Assembly (NCBI GenBank): GCA_016222905.1
Contig: JACRPZ010000002.1
Span: 5,874-69,873, forward strand
Direction of reading: 5' to 3'
DNA length: 64,000 nt
DNA from: Nitrospirota bacterium
GTDB lineage: Bacteria > Nitrospirota > Thermodesulfovibrionia > UBA6902
This document shows positions 18,821 through 27,927 of this stretch, piece by piece. Position numbers and translations under genes: made by a program. The notes under the pieces are model-generated. The model ran no database searches, had not been told where the DNA came from, and saw only the letters and a list, made by a program, of their open reading frames with translations. The stretch's first letter is position 1; the number at the start of each line of letters is the position of its first letter.

Positions 18821-20401
18821 ATGGAAAAAACTGCTGACAGGATTCTAATCCGCGGGGTGAACTGGATCGGTGATGCGGTCATAACTCTTCCTGCCATAAG
18901 AGCCATCCGTCGTGCCTTTCCTGACGCTCAGATAAGCCTGCTTGTAAAACCATGGGTTGCGGAAATCTTCAAAGGAAGCCCGGATGTTGATGAGATTATT
19001 CTTTATAATGAAGAACACAAAGGCGTTATCGGCAAGCTGAAGCTTGTAAATGTCCTAAGGCAGAAGAAGTTCGACAAAGCCATTTTGCTCCAGAACGCCT
19101 TTGATGCCGCCTTGATCGCATGGCTTGCAGGAATTCCTGAACGTATTGGATACAAGAGAGATTTCAGAGGCTTCCTTTTAACAAAAGCTATCCCCCTAAA
19201 GAACGATGATGTCAGAGAGCATCAGGTCTATTACTACCTGAACCTTATAAAAGAGGCGGGGATTAAGCCTGTAGCCGCAGAGCCCTATATTTATCTGAGC
19301 GATGAAGAAAGAGAGAATGCAAGAGCGCTTTTAAGCCCCTTGCCTCTTACCCCTTACCCCTCACCTTTAATCGGCATCAACCCCGGCGCAACCTACGGCT
19401 CTGCAAAGAGATGGCCTGCTAAACATTTCGCTGAATTAATTCGCAAAATAATAAATGAATTAGACGGAAGGGTAATAATCTTCGGCAGTCCGGCAGAGGC
19501 TGATATTTCAAATGAGATAGTGAAGCAACTCGAAACTCACAACTCAAAACTTAAAACTTCTATTCTAAACATGACCGGCAAGACAAATCTTAGAGAACTT
19601 GCCGCGCTCATATCTGAATGTGATGTCTTTATAACGAATGATTCCGGCCCCATGCATATGGCCGCTGCTTTACATGTCCCTACTGTAGCATTGTTCGGCT
19701 CGACAGACAGTTCAGCAACCGGTCCGTTCGGAGACGGGCATAAAGTTATCACAAAAAAGCTCTCGTGCTCTCCTTGCCTTGAACGGGAATGTCCTGAAGG
19801 TCATCTAAAATGCATGACAGAAATAACTCCTACAGAAGTATTCTCCGCATTACAAGAACTGTTGCCGAAGGAGAAGGCCATATTCCTTGACAAGGACGGC
19901 ACATTGATAGAAGACATGCACTATTTGAATACATTTGATAAGCTGAGGATACTCCCGAATGTAAAGGGAAGCCTGAAGAGATTAAAGGACGCAGGTTTCA
20001 TGCTCATTGGCATAACAAATCAGTCCGGGATAGCAAGGGGGTTTATTGAGGAGAAGTTTGTCAAGGAATCAAACGCATATCTCCAGAAGGAATTCGATAT
20101 GGATGACTTCTACTACTGCCCTCACCATCCTGACGAGCGCTGCTCATGCAGAAAGCCTGAGGTGCTGCTTATGCTTAAGGCAAGGATTGATCACAGGATC
20201 AATTTTAAATCCTCTTATGTAGTAGGCGATAAAGAGTCTGATGTCATGCTTGGCATGAGGACAGGCGCAAAAGGAATTCTACTTGCGCCGGTTCTGTATC
20301 CCGAAAACACTTGCGCCTCTTTTATCGCCAAAGGTCTGGATGACGCTGTCAACTGGATACTGGAGATCGAATCAGCTTCATCCCCCTCTGTGATAGAATA
20401 A
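18821..20401 (+). CDS. Bifunctional ADP-heptose:LPS heptosyltransferase II (WaaF-like, GT9) fused to D,D-heptose 1,7-bisphosphate phosphatase (GmhB-like HAD).
   Basis: N-terminal 'ILIRGVNWIGDAVITLPAIRAIRRAFPDAQISLL' (GT9). C-terminal 'IFLDKDGTLIEDMHYL...GITNQSGIARG...YYCPHHPDERCSCRKP' (GmhB motifs). Confidence 0.8.
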   Translation: MEKTADRILIRGVNWIGDAVITLPAIRAIRRAFPDAQISLLVKPWVAEIFKGSPDVDEIILYNEEHKGVIGKLKLVNVLRQKKFDKAILLQNAFDAALIAWLAGIPERIGYKRDFRGFLLTKAIPLKNDDVREHQVYYYLNLIKEAGIKPVAAEPYIYLSDEERENARALLSPLPLTPYPSPLIGINPGATYGSAKRWPAKHFAELIRKIINELDGRVIIFGSPAEADISNEIVKQLETHNSKLKTSILNMTGKTNLRELAALISECDVFITNDSGPMHMAAALHVPTVALFGSTDSSATGPFGDGHKVITKKLSCSPCLERECPEGHLKCMTEITPTEVFSALQELLPKEKAIFLDKDGTLIEDMHYLNTFDKLRILPNVKGSLKRLKDAGFMLIGITNQSGIARGFIEEKFVKESNAYLQKEFDMDDFYYCPHHPDERCSCRKPEVLLMLKARIDHRINFKSSYVVGDKESDVMLGMRTGAKGILLAPVLYPENTCASFIAKGLDDAVNWILEIESASSPSVIE

Positions 20402-20440
20402 TGAATCTTCTTTATGCAGAGATCGCAGGAATCCTAAAAG

Positions 20441-20535
20441 TTCCCCTCCCTTGAGGGGAGGGGACTAAGGGGAGGGTGAATAAAATGGCGTCTGATACCC
20501 CTCTCCCTGACCCTCTCCCTCAAGGGGAGAGGGAA
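20441..20535. repeat. Intergenic GC-rich palindromic repeat element (CCCCTCCCTTGAGGGGAGGGG ... CCCTCTCCCTCAAGGGGAGAGGG).
   Basis: Two perfect or near-perfect palindromes. The same family is inserted in-frame at 23003-23058. Confidence 0.6.
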
Positions 20536-20575
20536 ATGTATGGTAATCCTGAAGTAAGCGGAAATTACAAATTAA

Positions 20576-21604
20576 ATGAAAATCCTCATTATAAAGCCCA
20601 GTTCTTTGGGGGATATTATCCACGCGCTCCCATTTCTGAAAGCTGTTAAAGATAGGTTCCCTGATGCCTCTGTTGACTGGGCAGTAAGCAAAAATCTGCG
20701 CGGAATTCTCGAAGATAATCCTCTGATAAATGAGCTTATCGTCTTTGATAAGGATTCATGGAAGAGCATCAGGAATATTCCCAAGACGTCAGGAGATATA
20801 TCCCGCTTAAGAAGAACCCTGAAAAGCAGAAACTATGACATTGTGGTTGATCTTCAGGGACTGCTGAGAAGCGGCCTCATGTCGCTCTCAACCCCTTCTC
20901 CTTTGAGAGTAGGCTTTGCGGATGCAAGGGAAGGGAGCCGTTTCATGTATAACAGGAAGGTTTCGGTCAATGGGATTACACACGCGGTTGATAAGAACCT
21001 TGAGATTGCAAAGGCAATCGGCGCAGCGGTAAAAAGGGCTGAGTTCCCGCTGAACATTGACGATAAGTCGAGGAGAAAGATAAAAGCACTTTTGGGTGAT
21101 GTAAAGGAATACATCCTGATTCTTCCGTCTGCAAGATGGTCTTCAAAGAGATGGCCGCCTGAAAACTTTGCGGCGCTTATTTCAAAGCTCTCCATCCCAT
21201 GTGTAATTTCCGGCAGCGGAGCTGACAGAGAAATCTGCCTCAAACTTATAAAAAATATATTTGGAACCGGACAGACAACAAAGCAGCCAAAAATAATCAA
21301 CCTCTGCGGTGAGACAAGCCTGAAAGAGCTTACGGCGCTGATTGAAGGCGCAAAGGCAGTAGTGAGCAATGATTCCGGCCCCATGCATATTGCCGCTGCT
21401 CTCAATAGACCGGTTGTTGCGCTCTTCGGCCCGACCGATCCCTCAAAGACCGGGCCTTACGGCTGGCAGAAGAATAAAAACCTGAAAGTGATCAAGACAG
21501 GCGTTTCATGCAGTCCATGTTTTAAGAAGAGGTGCAAAGAGCCTCTCTGCATGACTGAGATAAGTGCTGAAAGAGTCTTTGATAAACTGAGGGAATATCT
21601 TTGA
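20576..21604 (+). CDS. ADP-heptose:LPS heptosyltransferase (GT9 family; WaaC/WaaQ-like).
   Basis: 'MKILIIKPSSLGDIIHALPFLKAVKDRFPDASVDWAV' and C-terminal 'SNDSGPMHIAAAL' shared with the upstream GT9 gene. Confidence 0.75.
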   Translation: MKILIIKPSSLGDIIHALPFLKAVKDRFPDASVDWAVSKNLRGILEDNPLINELIVFDKDSWKSIRNIPKTSGDISRLRRTLKSRNYDIVVDLQGLLRSGLMSLSTPSPLRVGFADAREGSRFMYNRKVSVNGITHAVDKNLEIAKAIGAAVKRAEFPLNIDDKSRRKIKALLGDVKEYILILPSARWSSKRWPPENFAALISKLSIPCVISGSGADREICLKLIKNIFGTGQTTKQPKIINLCGETSLKELTALIEGAKAVVSNDSGPMHIAAALNRPVVALFGPTDPSKTGPYGWQKNKNLKVIKTGVSCSPCFKKRCKEPLCMTEISAERVFDKLREYL

Positions 21605-22362
21605 GACAAAGAAGATCAAACGGCAAAGAACTTTGGCAAATCTTCATCTTTCTTTCCATTTGCTGTCTGTTCTGCACTTTATGCCCCGCATATGCGTCTG
21701 ACTCTGCAATTAAAGCAAAATTCGTTTATAACATCTACTGGTCGGGCATCAAGGCCGGCGAAGCAACTCTTAGTTATGAAAATACCCCTGAAGGCATTAC
21801 CATAACATCAACGGCGCAGTCAGCTCCTTTCATCTCCATCTTTTACAAGGTTGATGATTTATCACAGAGCATTCTTGCCCCTGATGGTCATCCAAATAAA
21901 TACACAGTTAAGATACGGGAAGGACACCATAGGAAAGACAAAGTAACATATTTCAGCGCAAAATCAGAAAGCAACGCGCAAAAGGTGATTTATACTGACA
22001 AGCTAAAAAATGAAAGGGTTGAATTCGATCTGGAGAAACAGGCATTTGATCCGCTCTCCGCAGCGTATGAAATAAGCAGGCGCAAGTTAATAACCGGCAG
22101 GTCTGAGTACATTGATATATTTGACAATAAAAAGGTCTATAACACGGAAGTACAAGTGCTTGGCAAAGAGAGGATAAACACCCCGGCAGGAGAATTTGAT
22201 ACAATCGTCATAAAGCCTCTCCTTAAGTCAGAGGGTGTCTTCCTTCAGAAGGGGGAAATATATATCTGGCTTACCGATGATGAGAAGAGGATACCGGTTA
22301 TGTTAAAAAGCAAGGTAAAGATCGGAAGTTTCACGGCAGAATTAGCGGAAGGGGTGGAGTAA
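21601..22362 (+). CDS. Secreted/lipoprotein-like DUF3108-family protein (LPS-cluster associated).
   Basis: Signal peptide. The 'YNIYWSGIKAGEATLSYE' pattern resembles DUF3108. Start overlaps the upstream stop. Confidence 0.4.
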   Translation: MRQRRSNGKELWQIFIFLSICCLFCTLCPAYASDSAIKAKFVYNIYWSGIKAGEATLSYENTPEGITITSTAQSAPFISIFYKVDDLSQSILAPDGHPNKYTVKIREGHHRKDKVTYFSAKSESNAQKVIYTDKLKNERVEFDLEKQAFDPLSAAYEISRRKLITGRSEYIDIFDNKKVYNTEVQVLGKERINTPAGEFDTIVIKPLLKSEGVFLQKGEIYIWLTDDEKRIPVMLKSKVKIGSFTAELAEGVE

Positions 22363-22709
22363 AGCTGAGGCTTGGAGATTAAACCCAAATAATGCAGACA
22401 TTGTTCATAAATTAGTATGTCAAAAACATACAAAAGTGAGGAAGATAATCTTATTTACATTCGCTCACTTGAAGTGAGCTTTGCTTTTAATTTAACTCGA
22501 TGAATTTTTTATTAAAATGATGTTTAAGTTTTTACATGAAAATATACGCTGGTACTTTGATTATAATTACGTTAAGGTATCGAAAAATAAATTAGAGGCT
22601 TCGCCTCAATGTATGGATAATCTTATTAATTAAATTGCTATACTTCGTATAGCTTGCATTTATTCACAACATCTGCATTATTTCAAATGCATTTTTTGGA
22701 TTAAGAATT

Positions 22710-23483
22710 ATGCTTTCTGTTGCCATAATCACTCACAACGAAGAAGAGAATATTAAAGACGCCCTTGAAAGTGTAAAATGGGCGGATGAGATTGTAGTCG
22801 TTGATTCTTTCAGTACTGACAGGACAGTGGAGATTTGCAAGAAATATACTGATAAAGTCTTTGTTTTCGAGTGGCCGGGTTTTGCAGAGCAGAAGAATAA
22901 AGCCGTTTCATTGACAACACAGCCGTGGGTGCTTGTGCTTGATGCTGATGAAAGGGTTACAGAGGCTCTAAAGAATGAGATTCTCAAGGCAATTAGAGAC
23001 CCGTACCCCTCCCCCAACCCCCTCCCTCAAGGGGAGGGTGCAAGGGGGAGGGTGGATGGTTACTATTTAGCGCGTAAAAACCATTTTGCCGGAAGATGGA
23101 TAAGGCACGGAGGCTGGTGGCCTGATTATACACTGAGGCTTTTCAGACGCAGCAAGGGATCCTTTCAGCCAAGAGAAGTGCATGAGTCAATAAAGATCAA
23201 CGGCAAAACAGGTCATTTAAAGAACCCTCTTGAGCATTTCACTTATAAAGATACAAACGATTATCTGACGCGAATGGAGAACTACTCAACGCTTGCGGCA
23301 AAAGAGCTTTATAAAGAAGGCCGCCGCGCCTGCATCTTTGATATAATGCTCAGACCTGCCGCCACCTTCTTCAGGATGCTCTTCCTTCAGGCCGGCTTCC
23401 TTGACGGAACCTATGGTTTTAAGCTGGCTTACCTCTATTCCCGTTATACATTCAACAAATATTCAAAACTGAGGAGAATGTGA
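22710..23483 (+). CDS. Family-2 glycosyltransferase (LPS core type), with a 20-codon in-frame insertion of a palindromic repeat.
   Basis: 'MLSVAIITHNEEENIKDALESVKWADEIVVVDSFSTDRTVEI' and 'LVLDADE' (DxD) are GT2 signatures. 'PYPSPNPLPQGEGARGRVDG' is encoded by the repeat. Confidence 0.8.
   Translation: MLSVAIITHNEEENIKDALESVKWADEIVVVDSFSTDRTVEICKKYTDKVFVFEWPGFAEQKNKAVSLTTQPWVLVLDADERVTEALKNEILKAIRDPYPSPNPLPQGEGARGRVDGYYLARKNHFAGRWIRHGGWWPDYTLRLFRRSKGSFQPREVHESIKINGKTGHLKNPLEHFTYKDTNDYLTRMENYSTLAAKELYKEGRRACIFDIMLRPAATFFRMLFLQAGFLDGTYGFKLAYLYSRYTFNKYSKLRRM
23003..23058. repeat. GC-rich palindromic repeat element inserted in-frame inside the GT2 CDS (cccctccctcaaggggaggg core).
   Basis: Same core palindrome as the intergenic element at 20441-20535. 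Encodes PLPQGEGARG without interrupting the ORF. Confidence 0.6.
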
Positions 23484-23509
23484 AAGGACAGCTATCTACT
23501 CCGCATTAT

Positions 23510-24106
23510 CTACTTCCTGAATCTTATGAACATATAAAACCCGATGAGGAAAGGGACGAACTTAATAACCATCTCTTCTGAAAATACCCATAGGAATTGA
23601 TAGACAGCCATACGGATTTTACCGACTGAATCAAAACTCTTTCCAACAAGGGCCATGGTCAGCTGCGCTGTCTCACTAAAATAAATAGTAAGGAGATGCG
23701 TGGCAAATAGGAGAAGCAAGCCCTCGATATACGCCCTTCTCTTCACAAATGGGAAGAGGGCGGCCATTATCCCAAACGTCAAAGGGACATTAAAGGTATA
23801 TGAAGAGGTCTTTACCGGTATATCTATTACTAAACCGGCATTATGCCTTAAAGGCCTGAATGTTGCCCGAATTACATCAGTCCCCATCTGAGCAAGCTCC
23901 TCGAACTCAACTTCTTTAGTAAGACTGACCAGACGAGCCGCAATATTTATTACCCCGTAACTATAGATGTCCTTCACCTGTATCCAGAGAAGCAGAGAAA
24001 TAAGATAGGAGACGAGAAAGATGACGGCCGTCTTGAGGATTATTTCCTTATTGAGCGGTTGTTTTATAATTCGTTGCATAGCGAAGATAGATAAAGAATA
24101 CGGCAA
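23510..24106 (-). CDS. Polytopic membrane protein of unknown function, downstream of the exosortase-like gene.
   Basis: Several hydrophobic helices. The 5' end overlaps the upstream ORF by ~30-60 nt, so the start is uncertain. Confidence 0.35.
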   Translation of the reverse strand: MPYSLSIFAMQRIIKQPLNKEIILKTAVIFLVSYLISLLLWIQVKDIYSYGVINIAARLVSLTKEVEFEELAQMGTDVIRATFRPLRHNAGLVIDIPVKTSSYTFNVPLTFGIMAALFPFVKRRAYIEGLLLLFATHLLTIYFSETAQLTMALVGKSFDSVGKIRMAVYQFLWVFSEEMVIKFVPFLIGFYMFIRFRK

Positions 24107-24605
24107 GGGCTACAGCTATCATTATGCCCTGTGCAACATAGATATGGATATAGTAAAAGAGGTTCTTAAAATGAATCCCTGCATATGCCAGCCCCGCTAT
24201 TCTCAGGATGTTCACGGCTTGTATCACCAGAAAACCTGCCAGAACACCAATGACCTTCTTCTTCCAGCCGGCAGGAAATGCGATTACCGCAACGGAATAT
24301 ATCATTACAGCCTCAAGTCCGTTGCATCCGAACTTCACATCCAGGGAAATACCCGGTACGTTTATGATGGATTTATTATAAGCGCAGGGGATGCCGGTTA
24401 CTGCCAAGACCTTTGCTGTAACAAAGACCACACTCTTCGTATAAATATCATCGATATCTATCTTGTTTGTCAGCGGTTTAAATACCAGCAGGAAATAGAA
24501 AAATCCCATTACTGCAAGATAAGTGATAACAAAACGCCCCACGCTTATTTGAGGTTTTGAAGGTTTTACATCTTTTTCAAAGTGGGAATTTTTCTTTTTT
24601 TTCAC
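24048..24605 (-). CDS. Short exosortase/archaeosortase-family-like membrane protein (candidate sorting transpeptidase).
   Basis: 185 aa, multi-TM. The conserved-looking Cys in 'KFGCNGLEAV' and Asn/Arg in 'AVNILRIAGL' match the C...N-x-x-R catalytic arrangement of exosortases. Adjacent to two genes with IPTL-CTERM-like tails. Confidence 0.45.
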   Translation of the reverse strand: MKKKKNSHFEKDVKPSKPQISVGRFVITYLAVMGFFYFLLVFKPLTNKIDIDDIYTKSVVFVTAKVLAVTGIPCAYNKSIINVPGISLDVKFGCNGLEAVMIYSVAVIAFPAGWKKKVIGVLAGFLVIQAVNILRIAGLAYAGIHFKNLFYYIHIYVAQGIMIAVALAVFFIYLRYATNYKTTAQ

Positions 24606-24663
24606 AGGGTATAATGGTCAATTAAAATTTTCAACGACTATGCCTATTCCATAAAGGATATTC

Positions 24664-24699
24664 AAAAAAGGGGCAGGGTTCAACCCCTGCCCCTTTTTC
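24664..24699. terminator. Bidirectional Rho-independent terminator (GGGGCAGGG-loop-CCCTGCCCC flanked by A- and T-runs).
   Basis: 9-bp perfect stem, followed by TTTTT and preceded by AAAAAA. Confidence 0.7.
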
Positions 24700-24715
24700 T
24701 GAAAACTCAAAACAA

Positions 24716-25684
24716 TTAAACTTTCTTATATTTTCTAAGATAATAGATTGACCCAAGCCCTGCAACCGCCATGAAGATTATCATGCCCCACTCGTTCATT
24801 GTTGGGACAGCAATAATACTCCAGTTCACCACTTGGCTTAACTGCAGAGGGGTTAATCCATCCAGAGATCCTGAGGGTAAAGTATCCAGACTGTCAAATA
24901 AGGCTGCTGATGCAATTGCGCCGGCGATTGTATTGCCATTTCCGGTAATATCTCCCAGCCCTGCAAAGAGCATGAGAGATCTGGTTTGGTTAGCAGGAAC
25001 AGAGACATCGTATGTGGCTCCTATTCCGTTAGTAGCCGCGCAGTCAAACACGGTTTGAGTATAAGCGCTTGGAATTACAGATGCGTTAGGTCCATATAGT
25101 ACAGTAGTATTAACGGGATCCGATGGACCGGAATCGCTTGTAACTACCCAGCGGTCATCTGTGGCGAATGTTGTGTCCCCGGATGATGTCATCTGCACTA
25201 TTGAGCTGCTATCAGAACCAAGGTTTACGGGTATATCCACAGTTGCATTTATTGTAGAGCCGGTCGGGTTATTAAGGAATACCATTATCCTTGCCACTGC
25301 AGCGAGGGTGTCAAAATAATACTGGACAGTAACATTCAGACCTGACATGGCCACAGGCCCGGCAGTTATGGTGGTGTCTGTCAGGTCAACTGTGCTTCCC
25401 GGAGCAAAGACAGCGCCGTCTACAAATACCAGATAGGCAGCGTCATACGCGTCACCGGAACCGGCAGGGCCATTGGCATCCCAAATACCAAACCCTGTCC
25501 CTGCTACACAAGTGCCGGTATACGGGGCGCCTGTTGTAGTAGTAATTTGATCAATGCCCGTCCAGCTTGTTGAGAAGAATCCCGGCGACACGGTCTGGGG
25601 AAGGCTGACAGGCGCAGCATAGACATTGGCTGAAGCAAACACAAAGAACAACAATAATACTAAAGAGACTGACCGCTTAAACAT
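24716..25684 (-). CDS. Secreted protein with a C-terminal IPTL-CTERM-like sorting signal.
   Basis: N-terminal signal peptide. The C-terminus 'VPTMNEWGMIIFMAVAGLGSIYYLRKYKKV' has a motif, a TM helix and a basic cluster, resembling the IPTLSEWG-type sorting domain. Confidence 0.6.
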   Translation of the reverse strand: MFKRSVSLVLLLFFVFASANVYAAPVSLPQTVSPGFFSTSWTGIDQITTTTGAPYTGTCVAGTGFGIWDANGPAGSGDAYDAAYLVFVDGAVFAPGSTVDLTDTTITAGPVAMSGLNVTVQYYFDTLAAVARIMVFLNNPTGSTINATVDIPVNLGSDSSSIVQMTSSGDTTFATDDRWVVTSDSGPSDPVNTTVLYGPNASVIPSAYTQTVFDCAATNGIGATYDVSVPANQTRSLMLFAGLGDITGNGNTIAGAIASAALFDSLDTLPSGSLDGLTPLQLSQVVNWSIIAVPTMNEWGMIIFMAVAGLGSIYYLRKYKKV

Positions 25685-25865
25685 AATTTAACTTCTCCTT
25701 TCTTAATGATTATAACCCTGCGCATAAATTGGCGATGATAAAACTAATGACAGACATACCATAAAGATTGCCGCAAGAATTTTTATTCTACCCCCTTCCT
25801 TTTTATCGTTTTATGCTTATTTTGGGAAAGTTTATCATATGCATTTCATTATTAGCAAGAAAAAA

Positions 25866-25897
25866 AGGGCAGAGTTTCAACCCTGCCCTTTTTTGTT
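25866..25897. terminator. Rho-independent terminator (AAGGGCAG-loop-CTGCCCTT plus T-run).
   Basis: 8-bp stem followed by TTTTTT, immediately 3' of the minus-strand gene ending at 25916. Confidence 0.65.
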
Positions 25898-25915
25898 ATT
25901 ACTATGAGCCATTAG

Positions 25916-26944
25916 CTAAACGCTGTGTCTTCTCCTTAAATAATAAATTGCCCCAAGCCCTGCAAGCGCCATGAAGATTATCATGCCCCATTCGTTTATG
26001 GTGGGTACCGTTAGCCCACCGGATACAGCCACTCCCCAAGGGCTATTCAAGGTAGTTGAGCCGCCTGAGATGGTTTGAGCAGGCACCACATTTCCACTAG
26101 CACTTATCGGAAATACCGTGATGCTGTTATTAGGTGGATAGTTTGCCGCATATATTGAGCTTGCATCCACCGCTATCGCAACAGGGTTGTTCAAGGCCGT
26201 TGAGCCTCCTGAGATGGTGCGGGTGGGTGCTGCATTCCCAGTTGCGTTTATCGGGAATACCGTAATGCTGTTAGTATTATAATTTGCCACATAAATCCAG
26301 CTTGCGTCCACTGCTATGCCGGCAGGGTTGTTTAATGTCGTTGAGCCGCCTGAAATGGTGCGTGTGGGAACAACATTTCCAGTGGCGTTTATCGGGAATA
26401 CAAGAATGCTGTTATTAAAATTAGTCACATACATCCAGTTGGCATCAACCGCTATTTCATTAGGGAAGTTTAAGGTAGTTGAGCCGCCTGCAATTGTGCG
26501 AGTCGGCGCGACGTTCCCAGTGGCGTTTATCGGAAATACAACGATGTTATGATTTAAATAATTTGTTACATAGATCCAGTTGGCATCTACGGCTATCCCT
26601 GAAGGGAAAGGGGCAAGGTTTGTTGAGCCTCCTGAGATAGTGCGGGTGGGCGCAACATTCCCAGTGGCGTTTATCGGAAATATGGTGACGCTTCCGTTAT
26701 TATTTGCCACATAAATCCAGTTGGCATCTATATCAACCCCGCGGCAGCCGTTCAATGTTGTTGCCCCGCCGGCGATGCTGGTTGTGGGCGCTGTGTTGCC
26801 TGTGGCGTTACTAGGCCATGTTGCGACACTGGAGCCAATAAAGTTAGATACATAAATATCTGCCCGCGCCTCAAACGGGTAAAGAGAACCGACACTCAGT
26901 AAAACCAAAAAAGATATAACAAAACAAAAAAGCCTCTGCCGCAT
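25916..26944 (-). CDS. Secreted beta-propeller repeat protein (7 x ~42-aa repeats) with a C-terminal IPTL-CTERM-like sorting signal.
   Basis: Repeats of 'SITVFPINATGNxAPTRTISGGSTxLNNPxGIAVDAxWIYVANY'. Tail 'VPTINEWGMIIFMALAGLGAIYYLRRRHSV'. Signal peptide. Confidence 0.65.
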   Translation of the reverse strand: MRQRLFCFVISFLVLLSVGSLYPFEARADIYVSNFIGSSVATWPSNATGNTAPTTSIAGGATTLNGCRGVDIDANWIYVANNNGSVTIFPINATGNVAPTRTISGGSTNLAPFPSGIAVDANWIYVTNYLNHNIVVFPINATGNVAPTRTIAGGSTTLNFPNEIAVDANWMYVTNFNNSILVFPINATGNVVPTRTISGGSTTLNNPAGIAVDASWIYVANYNTNSITVFPINATGNAAPTRTISGGSTALNNPVAIAVDASSIYAANYPPNNSITVFPISASGNVVPAQTISGGSTTLNSPWGVAVSGGLTVPTINEWGMIIFMALAGLGAIYYLRRRHSV

Positions 26945-27019
26945 ATCATCCCTCCTTGAGTTAGTAAAGTTGGCTATAATTTATCAGATTATTCCGGCTT
27001 TGTGCAACACTATAATTTT

Positions 27020-27190
27020 TCACCCTATCTTTTCCGCCTCGTCAATCAGCATCACGGGTATATCGTCCTTGATGTGATAAAGGAGTTTACAACTATCACA
27101 GATAAGGCCGTTTTTTGCTTCATCCAGTCTTATATCCCCTTTGCATTTTGGACATGCCAGAATATCTAACAGTTCTTTGTTTATCGCCAT
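27020..27190 (-). CDS. Trm112/YcaR-family small zinc-ribbon protein (UPF0434).
   Basis: Not in the ORF track. Hand translation gives MAINKELLDILACPKCKGDIRLDEAKNGLICDSCKLLYHIKDDIPVMLIDEAEKIG (56 aa) with the C-P-x-C ... C-x-x-C pattern and the 'Y.I.DGIPVML' tail typical of Trm112. Confidence 0.55.
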   Translation of the reverse strand: MAINKELLDILACPKCKGDIRLDEAKNGLICDSCKLLYHIKDDIPVMLIDEAEKIG

Positions 27191-27228
27191 ATTTATCCTC
27201 CTGAAGCAACCTCCTTACATTTAACTGT

Positions 27229-27927
27229 TTATGAGAATAACCTAAAGAGTGCAAAGGTAATGGTTGAACCTAATAACGCCCCTAAAATGACCTCCCACGG
27301 CTTATGTATGCCGACGTAGACCCTGCTCTGTGCGATAAGCACAGCCATAAGAAGCACAAGTAAAGATATGACAAAGTTCTCGCTGAGAAAAACAATCGCA
27401 ACCCATACGGAGAACGCAACGGCGGCGTGGCCGCTCGGCATCCCACCTTTCAGGGGTGTTCCCTTTCCGACAAGCGACTTTGTAATTACTACCATTATGA
27501 GCACCGCTATAAGAGAGATGACGGCTATAGTGTCTTCGGTCTGCTTTGCTACTTCAAGGCCGCTGTAGAAGAGATCTCTGAGCGGTTTAAAGAGGATAAT
27601 ATACCCGATAACAGCTGCGCCTATTGAAGTTATTAAGACCGCTCCCGCGGCGATATCTTTAATCGCTTTTGCTCTCTTGTCATAATCCGGGAAGAGTATA
27701 TTTACAATATCTTCAATTGCGGTGTTAAGCATCTCTGTTGAAATAACAATAATGGAGAGGGCGATTATAAATAAAAAATCCGTGCCTCTTACCCCGATAA
27801 CCAGGCTGAGTATAAGCACCAGCATAGAAGCGTACATGTGATAACGCATGTGTTTCTGCGTTTTTGCGGCATGGAGAATGCCGTTGATGGCGTAATTGGC
27901 ACTCTCAAACCACTTTCTTAAGGGCAT
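27229..27927 (-). CDS. Fusion of a DgkA-family (diacylglycerol/undecaprenol kinase) domain with a PAP2 phosphatase domain.
   Basis: N-terminal 'ANYAINGILHA...EMLNTAIEDIV...AKAIKDIAAGAVL' matches DgkA. C-terminal 'GGMPSGHAAVAF...SRVYVGIHKPWEV' matches PAP2 motifs 2 and 3. Confidence 0.7.
   Translation of the reverse strand: MPLRKWFESANYAINGILHAAKTQKHMRYHMYASMLVLILSLVIGVRGTDFLFIIALSIIVISTEMLNTAIEDIVNILFPDYDKRAKAIKDIAAGAVLITSIGAAVIGYIILFKPLRDLFYSGLEVAKQTEDTIAVISLIAVLIMVVITKSLVGKGTPLKGGMPSGHAAVAFSVWVAIVFLSENFVISLLVLLMAVLIAQSRVYVGIHKPWEVILGALLGSTITFALFRLFS

Noticed and set aside
24021-24560. 179-aa plus-strand ORF overlapping the exosortase-like gene
   Set aside because: It is antisense to a membrane protein with conserved catalytic-motif spacing. 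It is Cys/His-rich low complexity with no start context.
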